Source of the DNA: Malacoraja senta
Taxonomy: Eukaryota
Assembly: GCA_038087875.1 (NCBI GenBank)
Contig: CM075990.1
Coordinates: 3,598,001 to 3,662,000, forward strand
DNA: 64,000 bases
Direction: 5' to 3'
Shown here in pieces: positions 10,522-23,508 of this stretch. The notes beneath the pieces are model-generated. The model saw nothing but the letters and a program-made list of their open reading frames with translations, did not search any database and was not told the DNA's origin. The translations under genes and the position numbers were made by a program. Each line of letters begins with the position of its first letter. The stretch's first letter is position 1.

Positions 10522-13500
10522 ACAGATGTGACGGCCAGATGTGAAAACCAGATGTTAACACTGCAGAGTCTAGAATACATGCCAGGGTTTAGTTCATGAG
10601 TTCATAAGTCATATGAGCAGAAATAGGCCATTCAGCCCATCGGGTCCATTAAATCATGTGTAAGAAGGAACTGCAGATGCTGGTATAAGTCATAATTGTT
10701 CCTTCCTGCACAGAAGGTCTATCGTGCTCCATTGCTGAGGTAGGATTAGGGTTCAAGAACCTGATAGTTGTAGCACAAAAAATGACACAAAGTTCTGGAG
10801 TAAAGGGCCTGTCCCACTTGGCCGTCATTTACGCGACAGGCCGGTAGTGACTGACGCGCAACAGTCACGTGACGTTCGCGCGCGTCATCATGCGTCCGCA
10901 CAGCCGTCTGGAGTGCGTGACGTCATTTGAAGATAGGCACAAAATGCTGGAGTAACTCAGCGGGACCGGCATCATCTCTGGAGAGAAGGAATGGACGATA
11001 TTTCAGGTCGAGAATCTTCTTCAGCCTGAAGAAGGGTCCGACCCGAAACCTCCCCCATTGCTGAGTTACTCCTGCATTTTGTGTCTATCTCCAATCGTCT
11101 TGGCCTGGGAGTAGAAGCTGGGGGCCGATCCGGACCGCAACGGCCGTGAGCCCCAGGCCGAGCTCGGCGATCGCTTGCTTGTCTGCTTCTGCTGCTGTTG
11201 AAGGTGAGACGTTGCGCTGTGCCAGGGTCTTGGGCCTGTCCCACTTTGGCCGTCAGTTACGCGACAGGCCGGTGGCGCGCGAAGATTTTGTCCAGAACGA
11301 AATCCTGGAGCACAGCGCGATACTGCGCGCAACTCCACACTCCTCCACGCCACGCCATGCATCCGTCCCGCGCTACCCACACGCTACCCACACGCTACCC
11401 ACACGTTACCACATCGCGTATATGGCGCGCAAATGATGGCCAAGTGGGACAGGCCCTTAACTCAGCGTGTCAGGCAGCATCTGTGGACAACATGGGTAGG
11501 TGACGTTTCAGGTCATTCGGGACTCAAGCAGATATTCATGAGTCTGATGTTGTGGTGATTCAGGCTACAGTACCTCCTGTTCAACGGTAGCAGTGAGAAT
11601 GATAATAGATGAGAGTCAGATTAAGCTCTTAGGGCTGATGGAATCAAGGGATATGGGGAGAAAGCAGGAACTGATTTTGGATGATCAGCCATGATCATAT
11701 TGAATGGCGGTACTGGCTCGAAGGGCCGAATGGCCTACTCCTGACCTATTTTCTATATTTCTATGTTCCAATGCCGCCTTCTTGAGGCAGCTCCTCATGT
11801 CAATGCTTTCATTGGTGGGCAGTGCTGTGTCCTTGATAGATTGGGCGGAGTGCATTACTCTCTCCAGCCTCTTGTGTTCTGTGACTTGGAATTGCCACAC
11901 CAGATCACAACGCAGTCCGGGCACTTTCTACAGTGCATCTATACACATTTATTAGAGTCTTCAGTTATGTGCCAAATCTCTTTAGTTTAGTTTAGTTTAG
12001 TTTGGAGATACAGCGTTTTGGGCCGAACCCTTCTTCAGGTTTCGGCCCCGAAATGTTGCCTATTTCCTTCGCTCCATAGATGCTGCCTCACCCGCTGAGT
12101 TTCTCCAGCATTTTTGTAGGTTAATTGGCATGGTGTAAATGTAAAAATTGTCCCTACTGGGTGTGGGATGGTGTTGATGTGCGGGGATCGCTGGTCGGCG
12201 CGGACCCGGTGGGCCGAAGGGCCTGTTTCCGCGCTGTATCTCCAAACTAAACTAAACTAAAGAGATTTGGAACATAACTGAAGACTCTAATAAATGCGTA
12301 CAGATGCACTGTAGAAAGTGCCCGGACTGCGTTGTGATCTGGTGTGCCAATTCCAAGTCACGGAACACAAGAGGCTGCAGAGAGTAATGCACTCCGCCCA
12401 AATCTATCAAGGACACAGCACTGCCCACCAATGAAAGCATTGACATGAGGAGCTGCCTCAAGAAGACGGCATTGGAACATAGAAATATAGAAAATAGCTT
12501 CAGGAGTAGGCCATTCGGCCCTTCGAGCCAGTACCGCCATTCAATATGATCATGGCTGATCATCCAAAATCAGTTCCTGCTTCTCCCCATATCCCTTGAT
12601 TCCGTCAGCCCTAAGAGCTAAATCTGGACTCTCATCTATTAGCATTCTCACTGCTACCATTGAACAGGAGGTACAGTAGCCTGAATCACCACAACATCAG
12701 ACTCATGAATATCTGCTTGAGTCCCGAATGACCTGAAAACGTCACCTACCCATGTTGTCCACAGATGCTGCCTGACACGCTGAGTTAAGGGCCTGTCCCA
12801 CTTGGCCATCATTTGCGCACCATATACGTGACGTGGTAACGTGTGGGTAGCGTGTGGTAGCGTGTGGGTAGCGCGGGAAGGATGCATGGCGTGGCGTGGA
12901 GGAGTGTGGAGTTGCGCGCAGTATCGCGCTGTGCTCCAGGATTTCGTTCTGGACAAAATCTTCGCGCGCCACCGGCCTGTCGCGTAACTGACGGCCAAAG
13001 TGGGACAGGCCCAAGACCCTGGCACAGCGCAACGTCTCACCTTCAACAGCAGCAGAAGCAGACAAGCAAGCGATCGCCGAGCTCGGCCTGGGGCTCACGG
13101 CCGTTGCAGTCCAGATCGGCCCCCACTTCTACTCCCAGGCCAAGACGATTGGAGATAGACACAAAATGCAGGAGTAACTTAGCAATGGGGGAGGTTTCGG
13201 GTCGAGACCCTTCTTCAGGCTGAAGAAGATTCTCGACCCGAAATATTGTCCATTCCTTCTCCCCAGAGATGATGCCGGTCCCGCTGAGTTACTCCAGCAT
13301 TTTGTGTCTATCTTCAAATGACGTCACGCGCTCCAGACGGCTGTGCGGACGCATGATGACGCGCGCGAACGTCACGTGACTGTTGCGCGTCAGTCACTAC
13401 CGGCCTGTCGCGTAAATGACGGCCAAGTGGGACAGGCCCTTTACTCCAGAACTTTGTGTCATTTTTTGTGCTACAACTATCAGGTTCTTGAACCCTAATC

Positions 13501-13722
13501 CTACCTCAGCAATGGAGCACGATAGACCATCTGTGCAGGAAGGAACAATTATGACTTAAACCAGCATCTGCAGTTCCTTCTTACACATGATTTAATGGAC
13601 CCGATGGGCTGAACGGCCTATTTTTGCTCATATGACTTATGAACTCATGAACTAAACCCTGGCATGTATTCTAGACTCTGCAGTGTTAACATCTGGTTTT
13701 CACATCTGGCCGTCACATCTGT
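10522..13722. repeat. Large inverted duplication: arms 10522-12015 and 12232-13722, spacer ~216 bp
   Basis: acagatgtgacggccagatgtgaaaacc (10522) is the reverse complement of ggttttcacatctggccgtcacatctgt (ends 13722). Collinear throughout, including unique DNA and nested TEs. Mirrored ORF pairs (11146-11436 vs 12742-13098; 11198-11503 vs 12654-13046). Scattered substitutions and small indels separate the arms. Confidence 0.97.
10804..11457. mobile_element. PIF/Harbinger-type MITE inserted in a mini-Penelope; mirrored copy at 12788-13440
   Basis: TIR agggcctgtcccacttggcc / ggccaagtgggacaggccct. TAA TSD splits the PLE motif ctggag-taa-ctcagcg. Contains an internal PLE-derived palindrome at ~10930-11092. 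Confidence 0.88.
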
Positions 13723-13763
13723 CTACCTTCGATTTTCCAGCATCTATGCAGTTCCTTCTTAAA

Positions 13764-13950
13764 CAATTAACATACAAACCTGTACGTCTTTGGAGTGTGG
13801 GAGGAAAACCGAAGATCTCGGAGAAAACCCACGCAGGTCAAGGGGAGAACGTGCAAACTCCGCACAGACAGGACCCGTAGTCGGGATCGAGCCCGAGGCC
13901 TCCGGCTCTGCATTCGCTGTAAGGCAGCAACTCTACCGCTGCGCCAAGGT
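13764..13950 (-). mobile_element. 5' half of the V-SINE disrupted by the inverted duplication
   Basis: attaacatacaaacctgtacg...ctctaccgctgcgcc continues the SINE whose tail is at 11981-12015 and whose middle lies inverted at ~12116-12231. Confidence 0.85.
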
Positions 13951-14019
13951 TCTACGAAAGTGCAGGCACTGCTGCAGGGGAGAGGTTATACGAGATGTAA
14001 ATTCTCAGCAACTTGAAGC

Positions 14020-14570
14020 TGCAAAGTTCATAGGAGCAGAATTAGCCCATTCGGCCCATCATGTCTACCCCACCATTCACTCATTGCTGATCTATCTTTC
14101 CCTCTCAACCCCATTCTCCTGCCTTCTCCCCATAACCTTTGATGCTCGTACTACTTAAGAAGCAGTCAATCTCCGCTTTAAAAATATCAAATGACTTGGC
14201 CTCCACAGCAACTGGCAATGAATTCCACAAATTCACCACCCTCTGGCTAAAGAAATTCCTCCTCATCTCCTTTCGAAATTATACGTCCATCTATTCTGAG
14301 GCTGTGCCCTCTGGTCCTGGATTCTCCCACTAGTGGAAACATCCTCTCCACATCCATTCTATTCAGGCCTTTCACTTCTCGGTAAGTTTCAATGAGGTCC
14401 CCCCCCCCCCCCATATCCTTCTAACCTCCAGCGAGTACAGGCCCAGCGCCCACTCATTCCTGGGATCATTCTCGTAAACCTCCTCTGGACCCTCTCCAAC
14501 GCCAGCGCATCCTTCCTCAGATACGGGGCCCAAAACGCCTCACAATATTCCAAATGCGGTCTGACCAACA
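14020..14570 (-). mobile_element. CR1 LINE 3' fragment (degenerate)
   Basis: VRPHLEYCEAFWAPYLRKDALALERVQRRFTRMIPGM in ORF 14389-14634(-); CR1 3' UTR. Confidence 0.85.
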
Positions 14571-16094
14571 CCTCAGCAAAACAGGAATGGCTGGTGTGTG
14601 TTAGGGAGCCCAGAACCCAGAGTCTTTGCGTCAATGAATTCTGCTCTGCTCATCCTCTCTGGGACTGGTGCCACGAGGGGAAACGAGGTGAAAAATATTT
14701 CCTACCAACCTGTTGTAAAACCCAGCTGGGAGAATGTCAGAATGTGCTCCTTACTTTCCAAAACTCCACTTTAAAGTTGGCAAAATCTTTCCCCCCCCCA
14801 CCCTCACTTAGTATTCCAATGTAGTCTTCCTCTCTCTTAATCCTCGGAGTTTGGCAACTTCAGCCTCTGGTTTTAAATTCTGATCCTGCTGCCGTTTGAA
14901 GCTTCCAGTTGCCTGACTAATGCATGGACACAACACATAACTCTGTACCGGGCAGCGTTTTGCTGCTTGCTTCATAGCTTCATAAGTTCAAAGAGCAGAA
15001 ATAGGCCTATCAGGTCTAATCTGCCATTCTCCTGACTGCCCCCCATAACCCCATAACCCCATAACCCTATAACCCCTGACACCCGCACTAATCCTAGTCT
15101 GAAGAAGGGTCTCGACCTGAAATGTCACCCATTCCTTCTCTCCAGAGATGCTGCCTGTCCCGCAGTTACTCCAACATTTTGTGCCTGTCTTCGGTTTAAA
15201 CCAGCGTCTGCAGTTCCTTCCTACACGACAATCTATCAATCTCAGCCTTAAAAATATTCCTTGACTTGGCCTCCACAGCCTCTAACTGACACTTGTAGAT
15301 TGATCGATCGACTGACTGACTGACTGATTGTGATTGATTGATTGATTGATTGATTGCTGTTGTTCCACAGTTTTATTAATAAAATTGACAAATTCAGATG
15401 ATTCGCTGCATCTGCGGTAGAGTTGCTGCCTCACAGCGCCAGAGACCCGCGTTCAATCCTGACTACGGGTGCTGTCCGCGCGGAGTTTGCATGTTCCCCC
15501 TGAGACCGAGTGGGTTCTCTCCGGGTGCTCCGGTTTCCTCCCACACTCCAAAGACGTGTAAATTGCCCCCAGTGTGCGGGTGATCGGTGGTCGACGTGGA
15601 CACGGTGGACCGATTCCACACTGTATCTGTAAAACTGAAATCAAACTCACACAATTCCCATCAGTGGATCTCACACACCCAATGGTCCCATAAGGGAGAG
15701 GCAATCCGAACACGTTCCCTACAGCTGTGCTCGCGATTCTCAATGAGAGTGGGCTTTATAGAGCTCCGCAGTCGGGGAAACAGATGATTCCAATCATTTT
15801 CTTGGCAGCTTCCAAGTCTGTGGCTTGGTTCCCTTCCAACATGCTCTAACTTGTAATATGACACAGAGCCCTCAGTCCTCGCCTGCCCCTCCCACAACAG
15901 TATCTGCAAGCTCCTCTCTGCCCCCAAACTGCCCCCCCACCATTGAAGAGGGGCACGGCAAAGTGGTCCTGAGGTTAAAAAAAAACACAGACGTGTTATT
16001 GAATGGTCATGGAGTCGGAGAGAGATACAGTCCGGAAACGGGCCCCAGGGTCCAGCAACTCCACACCAGCCATCAATGACAAAAGGATTGTGAG

Positions 16095-16432
16095 AGGATC
16101 ATGAGAGGAATAGATCGGGTAGACGCTCAGAGACTCTTGTCCAGGGTAGGGCAATCGAGGAACAGAGGACAAAGGTTTAAGGTGAAGGGGAAAAGATTTA
16201 AATGGAATCTGAGAGGTAACTTTTTCATACAAAGGGTGGTGGGTGAATGGAACGAGCTGCCAGAGGAGGTAGTTGAGGCTGGGACTATCCTAACAGGCAT
16301 GGATAGGACATGTTTGGAGGGATATGGACTAACAGTGGGCAGGTGGATTTAGTGTAGCTGGGACATTGTTGGCCAGTGTGAGCAAGTTGGGCCTCAGGGC
16401 CAGTTTCCATGCTGTATCACTATGACTCTATG
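16095..16432 (+). mobile_element. CR1/HER1-type LINE 3' end
   Basis: MRGIDRVDAQ...GNFFIQRVVGEWNELP; tail gctgtatcactatgactctatg. Confidence 0.85.
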
Positions 16433-16499
16433 AATCTAATTATCACACAAAAGAAGATGAAAAGCCTTGTTGAGAGGCATGGTTTAAGTTATTGACCAA

Positions 16500-16682
16500 C
16501 TATGTTATTTATTAATTAATTCATATTTATTAATATTAATTATTATTAATAACATTTAATTAGTAGTAATTATTTTAAATATTAATAATTTTTAATCTGT
16601 ATTAATTATTTGAAATATTAATCATTTTAATTAACATTTAATTAATTGGTGTAATTAAGATGATTAATTAAATAGATTAATT
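16500..16682. repeat. Extremely AT-rich low-complexity tract
   Basis: Almost only A/T, with many ttaattaa/attaat words. Confidence 0.9.
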
Positions 16683-16688
16683 GCCCAA

Positions 16689-16811
16689 CTAGACATATTC
16701 AGCAGAACTATTGCTCAGATGTTTGTGAACGTCTTGGAAGAATCTCCAATTTAATTCTGTTCCATTTCTGTTCCAGACTAAAATTCGAACGTAATCCCTG
16801 GAGTGAATAAT
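16689..16811 (-). CDS. Candidate terminal coding exon of an unidentified host gene (IIHSRDYVRILVWNRNGTELNWRFFQDVHKHLSNSSAEYV*)
   Basis: Non-repetitive DNA; acceptor ctcctttcttgtcgaccattttataccAG; 40 open codons then TAG; AATAAA downstream in the AT tract; phase-compatible with candidate exon 23509-23574. Confidence 0.3.
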   Translation of the reverse strand: MIHSRDYVRILVWNRNGTELNWRFFQDVHKHLSNSSAEYV

Positions 16812-17104
16812 CTGGTATAAAATGGTCGACAAGAAAGGAGAGGTTTAGCTTAACGTTGAGCCTTTCCTGATCTAAATTCATACTAACGCACTTTAGAAAC
16901 AAGGGCTTTTTAGAGGCTTGGCAAGTAAGTGCAAGCAGAAAGATTTTAATGATCTTTTAGAGCCTTCAATTGAGAGCTAAATATTGTCTAGAACACTCAG
17001 ATATTCTCCTGGCTTTCTCCTCTAATGTTAACAAAGCTTTAGGGTCTGAGGAAGGGTCTCGACCAGAAACGCCACCTATCCCTTTTCTCCAGTGATGCTG
17101 CCGG

Positions 17105-17823
17105 TCTCCATCCAAGACCGCAAGGAATCGCAACGAATTGTGGACGCAGCCCAGACCATCGCACTATGGCGGGGTGAATCAAAGAGATCTTTATTGCTGA
17201 AGTAAAGAGAACAACACACATGCGAATGGGGGAAGGCTGACCCGGGGCTCAATACTTATACTAGGGCACACCCCTAAACCTCGTGACAACTCCTTCCCGC
17301 CATTACCCAGTCACGTGACCCTACCCCCCCCGACTGCCGAAGGTTCGCATAGTAAGTGGCCTAACCACCGGGTGGCGCCACAGCACAAATCAACCTCCCT
17401 TCTATTGACTCCATCTACACCTCACGCTGCCTCGGCAAGGCCACCAACATAATCAAGGACCAGTCTCACCCCGGCCACTCCCTTTTCTCCCCACTCCCAT
17501 CAGCCAAAACGTATAGAAGTGTGAAAACGCACACCTCCAGATTCAGAGACAGTTTCTTCCCAGCTGTTATCTGGCAAGTGAATCATCCTACCACAACCAG
17601 AGAGCAGTGCTGAACTACTATCTACCTTTTTGGTGACCCTCGGACTATCCTTGATCGGACTTTTCTGGCTTTATCTTACACTAAACGTTATTCTTTTATC
17701 ATGTATCTACACTGTAAATGGCTCAATGGTAAACATGTATTGTCTTTCCGCTGACTGAATAGCACGCAACAAAAGCTTTTTACTGTACCTCGTTACACGT
17801 GACAATAAACTAAACTGAACTGA
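17105..17823 (+). mobile_element. Rex/Babar-like LINE 3' fragment containing a solo LTR
   Basis: Translates ...IIKDQSHPGHSLFSPLPSAKTYRSVKTHTSRFRDSFFPAVI; 3' end gtgacaataaactaaactgaactga. Confidence 0.8.
17165..17382 (-). mobile_element. Solo LTR (218 bp)
   Basis: Ends t(a)tggcg...cgccaca (TG..CA with short inverted ends); 4-bp TSD gcac (17161-17164, 17383-17386); TATA-like and AATAAA on the minus strand. Confidence 0.8.
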
Positions 17824-18152
17824 CCCGTCAAGTTAATCCAGCACCTTGTGTCTTTTATTGTAAACTAGCATCCTTGGTTACTAGTTGCTTGTGTCTACTC
17901 AATGTTTCCAATTGTCAAGTTCATTTTGGGTCCCGTGTGTTCCCACAAACCAACCCAACCTACCATGTTGGACTTTGTCAAAGGCCTTGCCAATATCCAC
18001 GTGGACATCACCTACCGCACTACCTTCATCAATTTTCGTGGTCCCCTCTTCAAATTTAAAAGACTTAATGTCCAATGCACAAAACCATGCTCAGCCCCAT
18101 GTCCAATGCACAAAGACCATAATCAGCCCTTCTCTTTCCAAATGCAAGTATT

Positions 18153-18484
18153 TTTAGTTTAGTTGAGTTAAGTTATGTTAAGTTTAGTTTAGTTTAGTTT
18201 AGATGCAGCACAGAAAAGCGGCCCACCAAGTCCGCGCCGACCAGCAATCCCCACACCCTTACACTATCCTACACACATGAGGGACAATTTACAATTTTCT
18301 CAAAGCCAATTAACCTACAAACCTGTACGTCTTTGGAGTGTGGGAGGAAACCGGAGCACCTGGAGAAATCCCACGCAGGTCGCGGGGAGAATGTACAAAC
18401 TCCATACAGACAGCACCCGTAGTCAGGATCGAACCCGGGTCTCTGGCGCTGTGAGGCAGCAACTCTACCGGTGTGCCACTGTGC
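18153..18484 (-). mobile_element. HE1-like V-SINE
   Basis: Full head, V-domain and (aaact)n tail on the minus strand. Confidence 0.85.
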
Positions 18485-18986
18485 CTCCTGTAAATGTAGA
18501 TCCTGTCCTTCAAAATCCCCTCCAATACTCCACCCAGCGTTGACGTTAGGCTCACAAGAGTGTAGTTCCCAGGCTTTTCTCTGCAGCCTTTCTTAAACAG
18601 AGGCACAGCATTAATCACCTTAGAGAACAATGCCGCCCAAAATCCCTTCAGCCAGAAATATCGTCTCCAAGAAGAGGGGATCAGTTGGAAACTTCCGATC
18701 CAATGTTACCAGCTTCCGTTAATTGAGTCTGAACAAATACTTTGGATGGTGTTGTTTTTATAATGTGTCCCAAGGCATTCAGTGCATCGCGTTTTATATT
18801 AACTTTGGGATGATTTGCAAGCACCGCTGTTTGATCTTTGTCTAATGAGCTGCCCCGTGGCTTTGCCGCAGCAGTAAAAGCAGGGTTTGGATTCTGAATC
18901 CAACTTGCTGAACAGACTTAGTAAATTGAAATTCTCGAGGGATTGAAAACTTCTCACTCACTTGGACTTTGAGAGCAACCGTATAC

Positions 18987-19990
18987 TAACTTACTTACTT
19001 TTTATTACACACTCAAGGTCCAGATAAAATACATTACATCAAATAAATTGCATACAAAGGCACAATAAATTACATACAAAAGTACAATACATGGTTTAAG
19101 ATCAAGAATTTAAAAAATCAGTATCCTACAATGAGACAACTGTACCACAGCTGGGATTGGGAGTGTGTAATGCTAAACCTTATGTTTGATAAGGCCAAGA
19201 TGATTTCATTTTCAGAGTCATTAATCCAGCAAATAAATATATACATAAGATTTCTTAAGACAGTTTGTAAAGTATTGATCCCTGCAGCCACAAACATTTC
19301 ACTTGCACTACACCATCTAGGTCTCTTAAGTAATATTCTCATGCCATTATTATAAGCAACTTTAAGTCTCTGTAAATGTCTACCTTCGATTTTTCCAGCA
19401 TCTGCAGTTCTTTCTTAAACATTAAGTTTCTGCAAGCTTGCTTTTCTGTAGTTTGACCACAGGTGTGCAGTATAGAGTGGTGTACAATATGCTCTAAACA
19501 GAGACATCTTCACTCCATCTGAACACGCACTAAACTTGCGTAAGGGAATGTTTGCTTGTGGATACATCATACGCCATCCTCATCATCTGTCATTTGTTCT
19601 GTAATAAAATGTCCAAGATATTTTACCTTATTACAGACGCTAAGATTATTGTCAGACAATTTAAAATCAGGAAATGTTAGACATTATTCCTTTTTGGTTC
19701 TACAGATCATAACAGCACTCTTACCAGCATGATATTTGATATCATGTTCCACACCATACACAGAACATATAGTAAGTCAAGTCAAGTCAACTTTAAGGAG
19801 CTGCTGGAGACCAGTGCTAGATGGACTAAGGACCACAGGATTATCTGCATACATAATATGGTTCACTAAGGTATTACCAATCATGGACCCAGTATTACAG
19901 GCTTTCAATTGCTTGGACAGATCATCAATATAGAGATTTAAAAGAACTGAAAGCGTATGTTACATATGTAACATAATTTCCAGAATTAAG
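18987..19990 (-). mobile_element. Degenerate non-LTR retrotransposon 3' part, clade distinct from CR1 (unresolved)
   Basis: Minus strand HIMYADNPVV (decayed YADD) near 19840 and VAYNNGMRILLKRPRWCSASEMFV; 3' aataaaaag(taag)n tail; interrupted by a PLE stub at ~19377-19421. Confidence 0.7.
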
Positions 19991-20016
19991 TAAAAGCATC
20001 AGTGGAACTAGTGCGT

Positions 20017-20718
20017 CACGGTGGCGCAGCGGTAGAGTTGCTGCCTCACAGCGCCAGAGACCCAGGTTCGATCCTGAACTCCGCTGCTCTCTGTACAGAG
20101 TTTGTACATTATCCGCATGACCTGCGGGGGTTTTCTCCGGGTGCTCCGGTTTCCTCCCGCACTCCAAAGACGTGCTGCTTTGTAGGGCAATTGGCTTCTG
20201 TAACTGTGCGGGTGATCGTTGGTCGGCGCGGACTCGGTGGGCCGAAGGGCCTGTTTCCAGGCTGTATTTCTAAACTAAGTACAGTCAAGAGCATTTTATT
20301 GTCATATGTACCAAAAACGGACCAATGAAATTCTTACTAGCAGCAGCAAAACAGGTGGGTAAACACATTACTCACAGATATTACAATAAACATAAGAATC
20401 TTCAATGAATTTAAAATAAACTGTATTAGTGCAAAATAAGGGTGGCACAGCAGTGGAGTTGCTGCTTTACAGTGCCAGAGACCCAGGTTCGATCCTGACC
20501 ACGGGCGCTGGCTGTGCGGTGTTTGTACGTTCTCCCCGTGACCATGTGGGTTTTCTCCGAGATCTTTGGTTCCCTCCCAAACTCCAAAGACGTACAGGTT
20601 TGTAGGTTAATTGGCTTGGTATAAATGTAAATTGTCCCTACTGTGTGTAGGATAGTGTTAGTGTGCGGGGATCGCTGGTCGGTGTGCCTGTTTCTGCGCT
20701 GTATCTCTAAACTAAACG
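20017..20718 (+). mobile_element. Two HE1-like V-SINEs (~20017-20278 and ~20440-20718)
   Basis: Each has A/B boxes, V-domain and a gctgta..tctaaactaa tail. Confidence 0.85.
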
Positions 20719-20749
20719 AAGTAACTGCACAAGTTATTACACCATGTAA

Positions 20750-21815
20750 TAATAAAGGCCTCACCTTTGCTCCCCTCCGCCCCAACCTCCACGAGTTCCG
20801 GGTCCGCCACGACATAGAGCTCTTCTTCCGTCGCCTCCACCTCCGTGCCTTTGTCTATGGGAAGGAGTCCTCACCACCCAGTGATGACCCCTTCTTCCGT
20901 CTCCACCAGACCCCCCTCCCCTTGGACTTCCCCGGATGTTCCTTTACCTTCTTTAGACCTTTTCATTTCCAACTGCCGACAAGGGTAGATGCCGTGGTAG
21001 TCTGGCGCGCTGACCTCTACCGGACTGAGGCCACGTGACAACTCTCAGACACCTCCTCCTACTTATCAAATGACAATAGGAGTAGGCCATTCGGCCCTTC
21101 GAGCCAGCACCGCCATTCAATATGATCATGGCTGATCATCCCCAATCAGTACCCTGTTCCTGCCTTCTCCCCATATCCCCTGACTCCGCTATCTTTAAGA
21201 GCCCTATCTAGCTCTCCCTTGAAAGTATCCAGAGAATCGGCCTCCACTGCCCTCTGAGGAAGAGAATTCCACAGACTCACAACTCTGTGTGAAAAAGCGT
21301 TTCCTCATCTCATAAGCTCACCCCTTATTCTTGAACAGTGGCCCCTGGTTCTGGACTCCCCCAACATCAGGAATCCTTGGACCAAGACCCCACAGACGAG
21401 CGCCAGACCTTAATATCACACACTATTTCTAATTTCATTACTTCCGGCTCTCTGCCCTCTAAAGCCTCCAACCTTATCGTTCCCCAGCCCCGCACGGCCC
21501 GATTTTATCTTCTCCCCAAAATCCGCAAACAGAATTGTCCCGGCAGACCCATTGTTTCTGCTTCTTCATGTGCCACTGAATTAATTTCCACATACTTCCA
21601 CTCCATCCTATCCCCACTGGTCCAATCCTTCCCTACCTACGTCCAAGACACCTCACATGCTCTTCATCTCTTCAATGACCTGTTTTCCAGGCCTCCAATA
21701 CCTCATCTTTACTAAAAGAGTCTGAAGAAGGGTCTCGACCCAAAACGTCACCCATTCCTTCTCTCCAGAGATGCTGCCTGTCCCGCTGAGTTACTCCAGC
21801 ATTTTGTGTCTACAC
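20750..21815 (+). mobile_element. Penelope-like element RT remnants, interrupted by a CR1 3' fragment (~21068-21373, minus), followed by a hammerhead-bearing module
   Basis: KGLTFAPLRPNLHEFRVRHDIELFFRRLHLRAF and PRTARFYLLPKIRKQNCPGRPIVS (PLE RT); gtctgaagaagggtctcgacccaaaacgtc at ~21720. Confidence 0.85.
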
Positions 21816-22767
21816 ACCATTTAGAGTTCTGTTAGAAGAACGTTCATTCACTCTAAATATCAAACAATGATTTATGCACAGCTGTGGCACCTGTTAGTGA
21901 TTAGGACAATCCAAAAGTGAATAACTAAGAACTAAATCATTTATCAAAGCATTGATATTTCTGGAATATTTATGAATGGAGCAAGTTATTGAATAATCAT
22001 TAAGAAATGATTTAGTTCACGAGACAATTTGATGTTAAATGTCAATTGCTTCGGGTTGAGACTAGGCAGCATCTCCGCAGAACATGGATCGGGTTTTTAA
22101 ATTTGACCGAGATTTTCGAAGAGGGGACCACAAAGATTGATGAAGGTAGCGCGGTACATGTTGTCTAAGTGGACTTTAGCAAGGCCCTTGACATGATGCC
22201 ACATGGAGTCTGAAGAAGGGTCTTGACCTGAAACATCACCCATTCCTTCTCTCCAGAAACGCTGCCTGCCCCGCTGAGTTACTCCAGCATTTTGTGTCTA
22301 TCTTTGGTGTAAACCAGTACCTGCAGTTCCTTCCCACACATGATAGGTTGGGTTGTTTGGTGAGACCACCCGGGATCCAGGGTGAGTCTGACAATTGGAA
22401 ACATTAAGTAGTAACAAGGAACTGCAGATGCTAGTTTACAAAAAAAAGACACAAAGTGCTGGAGTAACTCAGTGGGTCGGGCAACATCTCTGGAGAATAC
22501 GGATGGGTGGTGTTTTAGGGTAGTGACCCTTCTTCAAAGTCGACCTGAAACGTCACCAATCCATGTCCTCCAGAGATCCTTTCTGACCCGCTGAGTTATT
22601 CCAGCACTTTGTGTCTTTTCTTGTAAACCGGCACCTGCAGTTCCTTGCATCCACTGATTCCCTACTCATCAAGCTGGCATGGATTTTCTTTTACCCTGTG
22701 CAGGTAGATAAGGTTTTGGTTATTTGAAAGTTGAAAAGATATGCCTCTTACTTTACATTGCATACAG

Positions 22768-23090
22768 GGGCAGCACAGTGGCTCAGCGGTAGAGTTGCTG
22801 CCTTACAGCCCTTACAGCGCCAGAGATCCAGGTTCGTTCCCGACAATGGCTGCTGTCTGTAAGGAGTTTTATGTTCTCCCCGTGACCTGCATGGGTTTTC
22901 TCCGAGATCTTCGGTTTCCTCACACATTGCTTTGACGTACAGGCTTGTAGGTTAATTGGCTTGGTGTGAATATAAAATTGTCCCTGCTGTGTGTAGGATA
23001 GTGGTAATGTGCGGGGATCGCTGGTCGGTGCGGACTCGGTGGGCTGAAGGGCCTGTTTCTGCGCTGTATCTCTAAACTAAACTAAACTAA
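22768..23090 (+). mobile_element. HE1-like V-SINE
   Basis: Head, V-domain and (aaact)n tail. Confidence 0.85.
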
Positions 23091-23091
23091 T

Positions 23092-23433
23092 TACTGTCCC
23101 CATCCTTCTCTCTCTGTCTCTGCCCCCTCTCTCTCTGTCCTCTCTCTCTACCCCCCTCCCCCTCTCTCTAAACCCTCCCCCCCTCTCTAGACGCGCCTGC
23201 GAGTTGGGGGCTATGCGTCAGTGGATAGGGCGGGGATGGGGTAAAAGGAGCGAATGAATAATATTAACATAATATCAAGGGGGGTGGTTAGTGTGTGTGG
23301 GGGGGGGGGTTATTAGTGTGTGTGTGTGGGGGGGGCAGGGTGGTCAGTGTGTGTGTGACGTCGCAGGCGCCCCCCCACCCCCCCGCAACTGTGCATTGAG
23401 GGGACGGGACCCAACGGGTCCCACTTGGTCTAG
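23092..23433 (+). mobile_element. Non-autonomous Helitron-like element, 3' terminus (5' limit uncertain)
   Basis: GC hairpin GGGACCC-aac-GGGTCCC (23406-23422), then 7 nt, then CTAG followed by T: the canonical Helitron 3' end. Confidence 0.7.
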
Positions 23434-23508
23434 TTTCTTACAAAATACCCACATATCAAAATTACCATTGCAGACAAACCTGGGCAGGGAAGCCATTGGA
23501 GACATTAC

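Noticed and set aside
10522..13722. Inverted repeat as a pure assembly or foldback-read artefact
   Set aside because: Arms differ by scattered substitutions and indels, and the junctions coincide with a split PLE and SINE; not fully excluded without reads.
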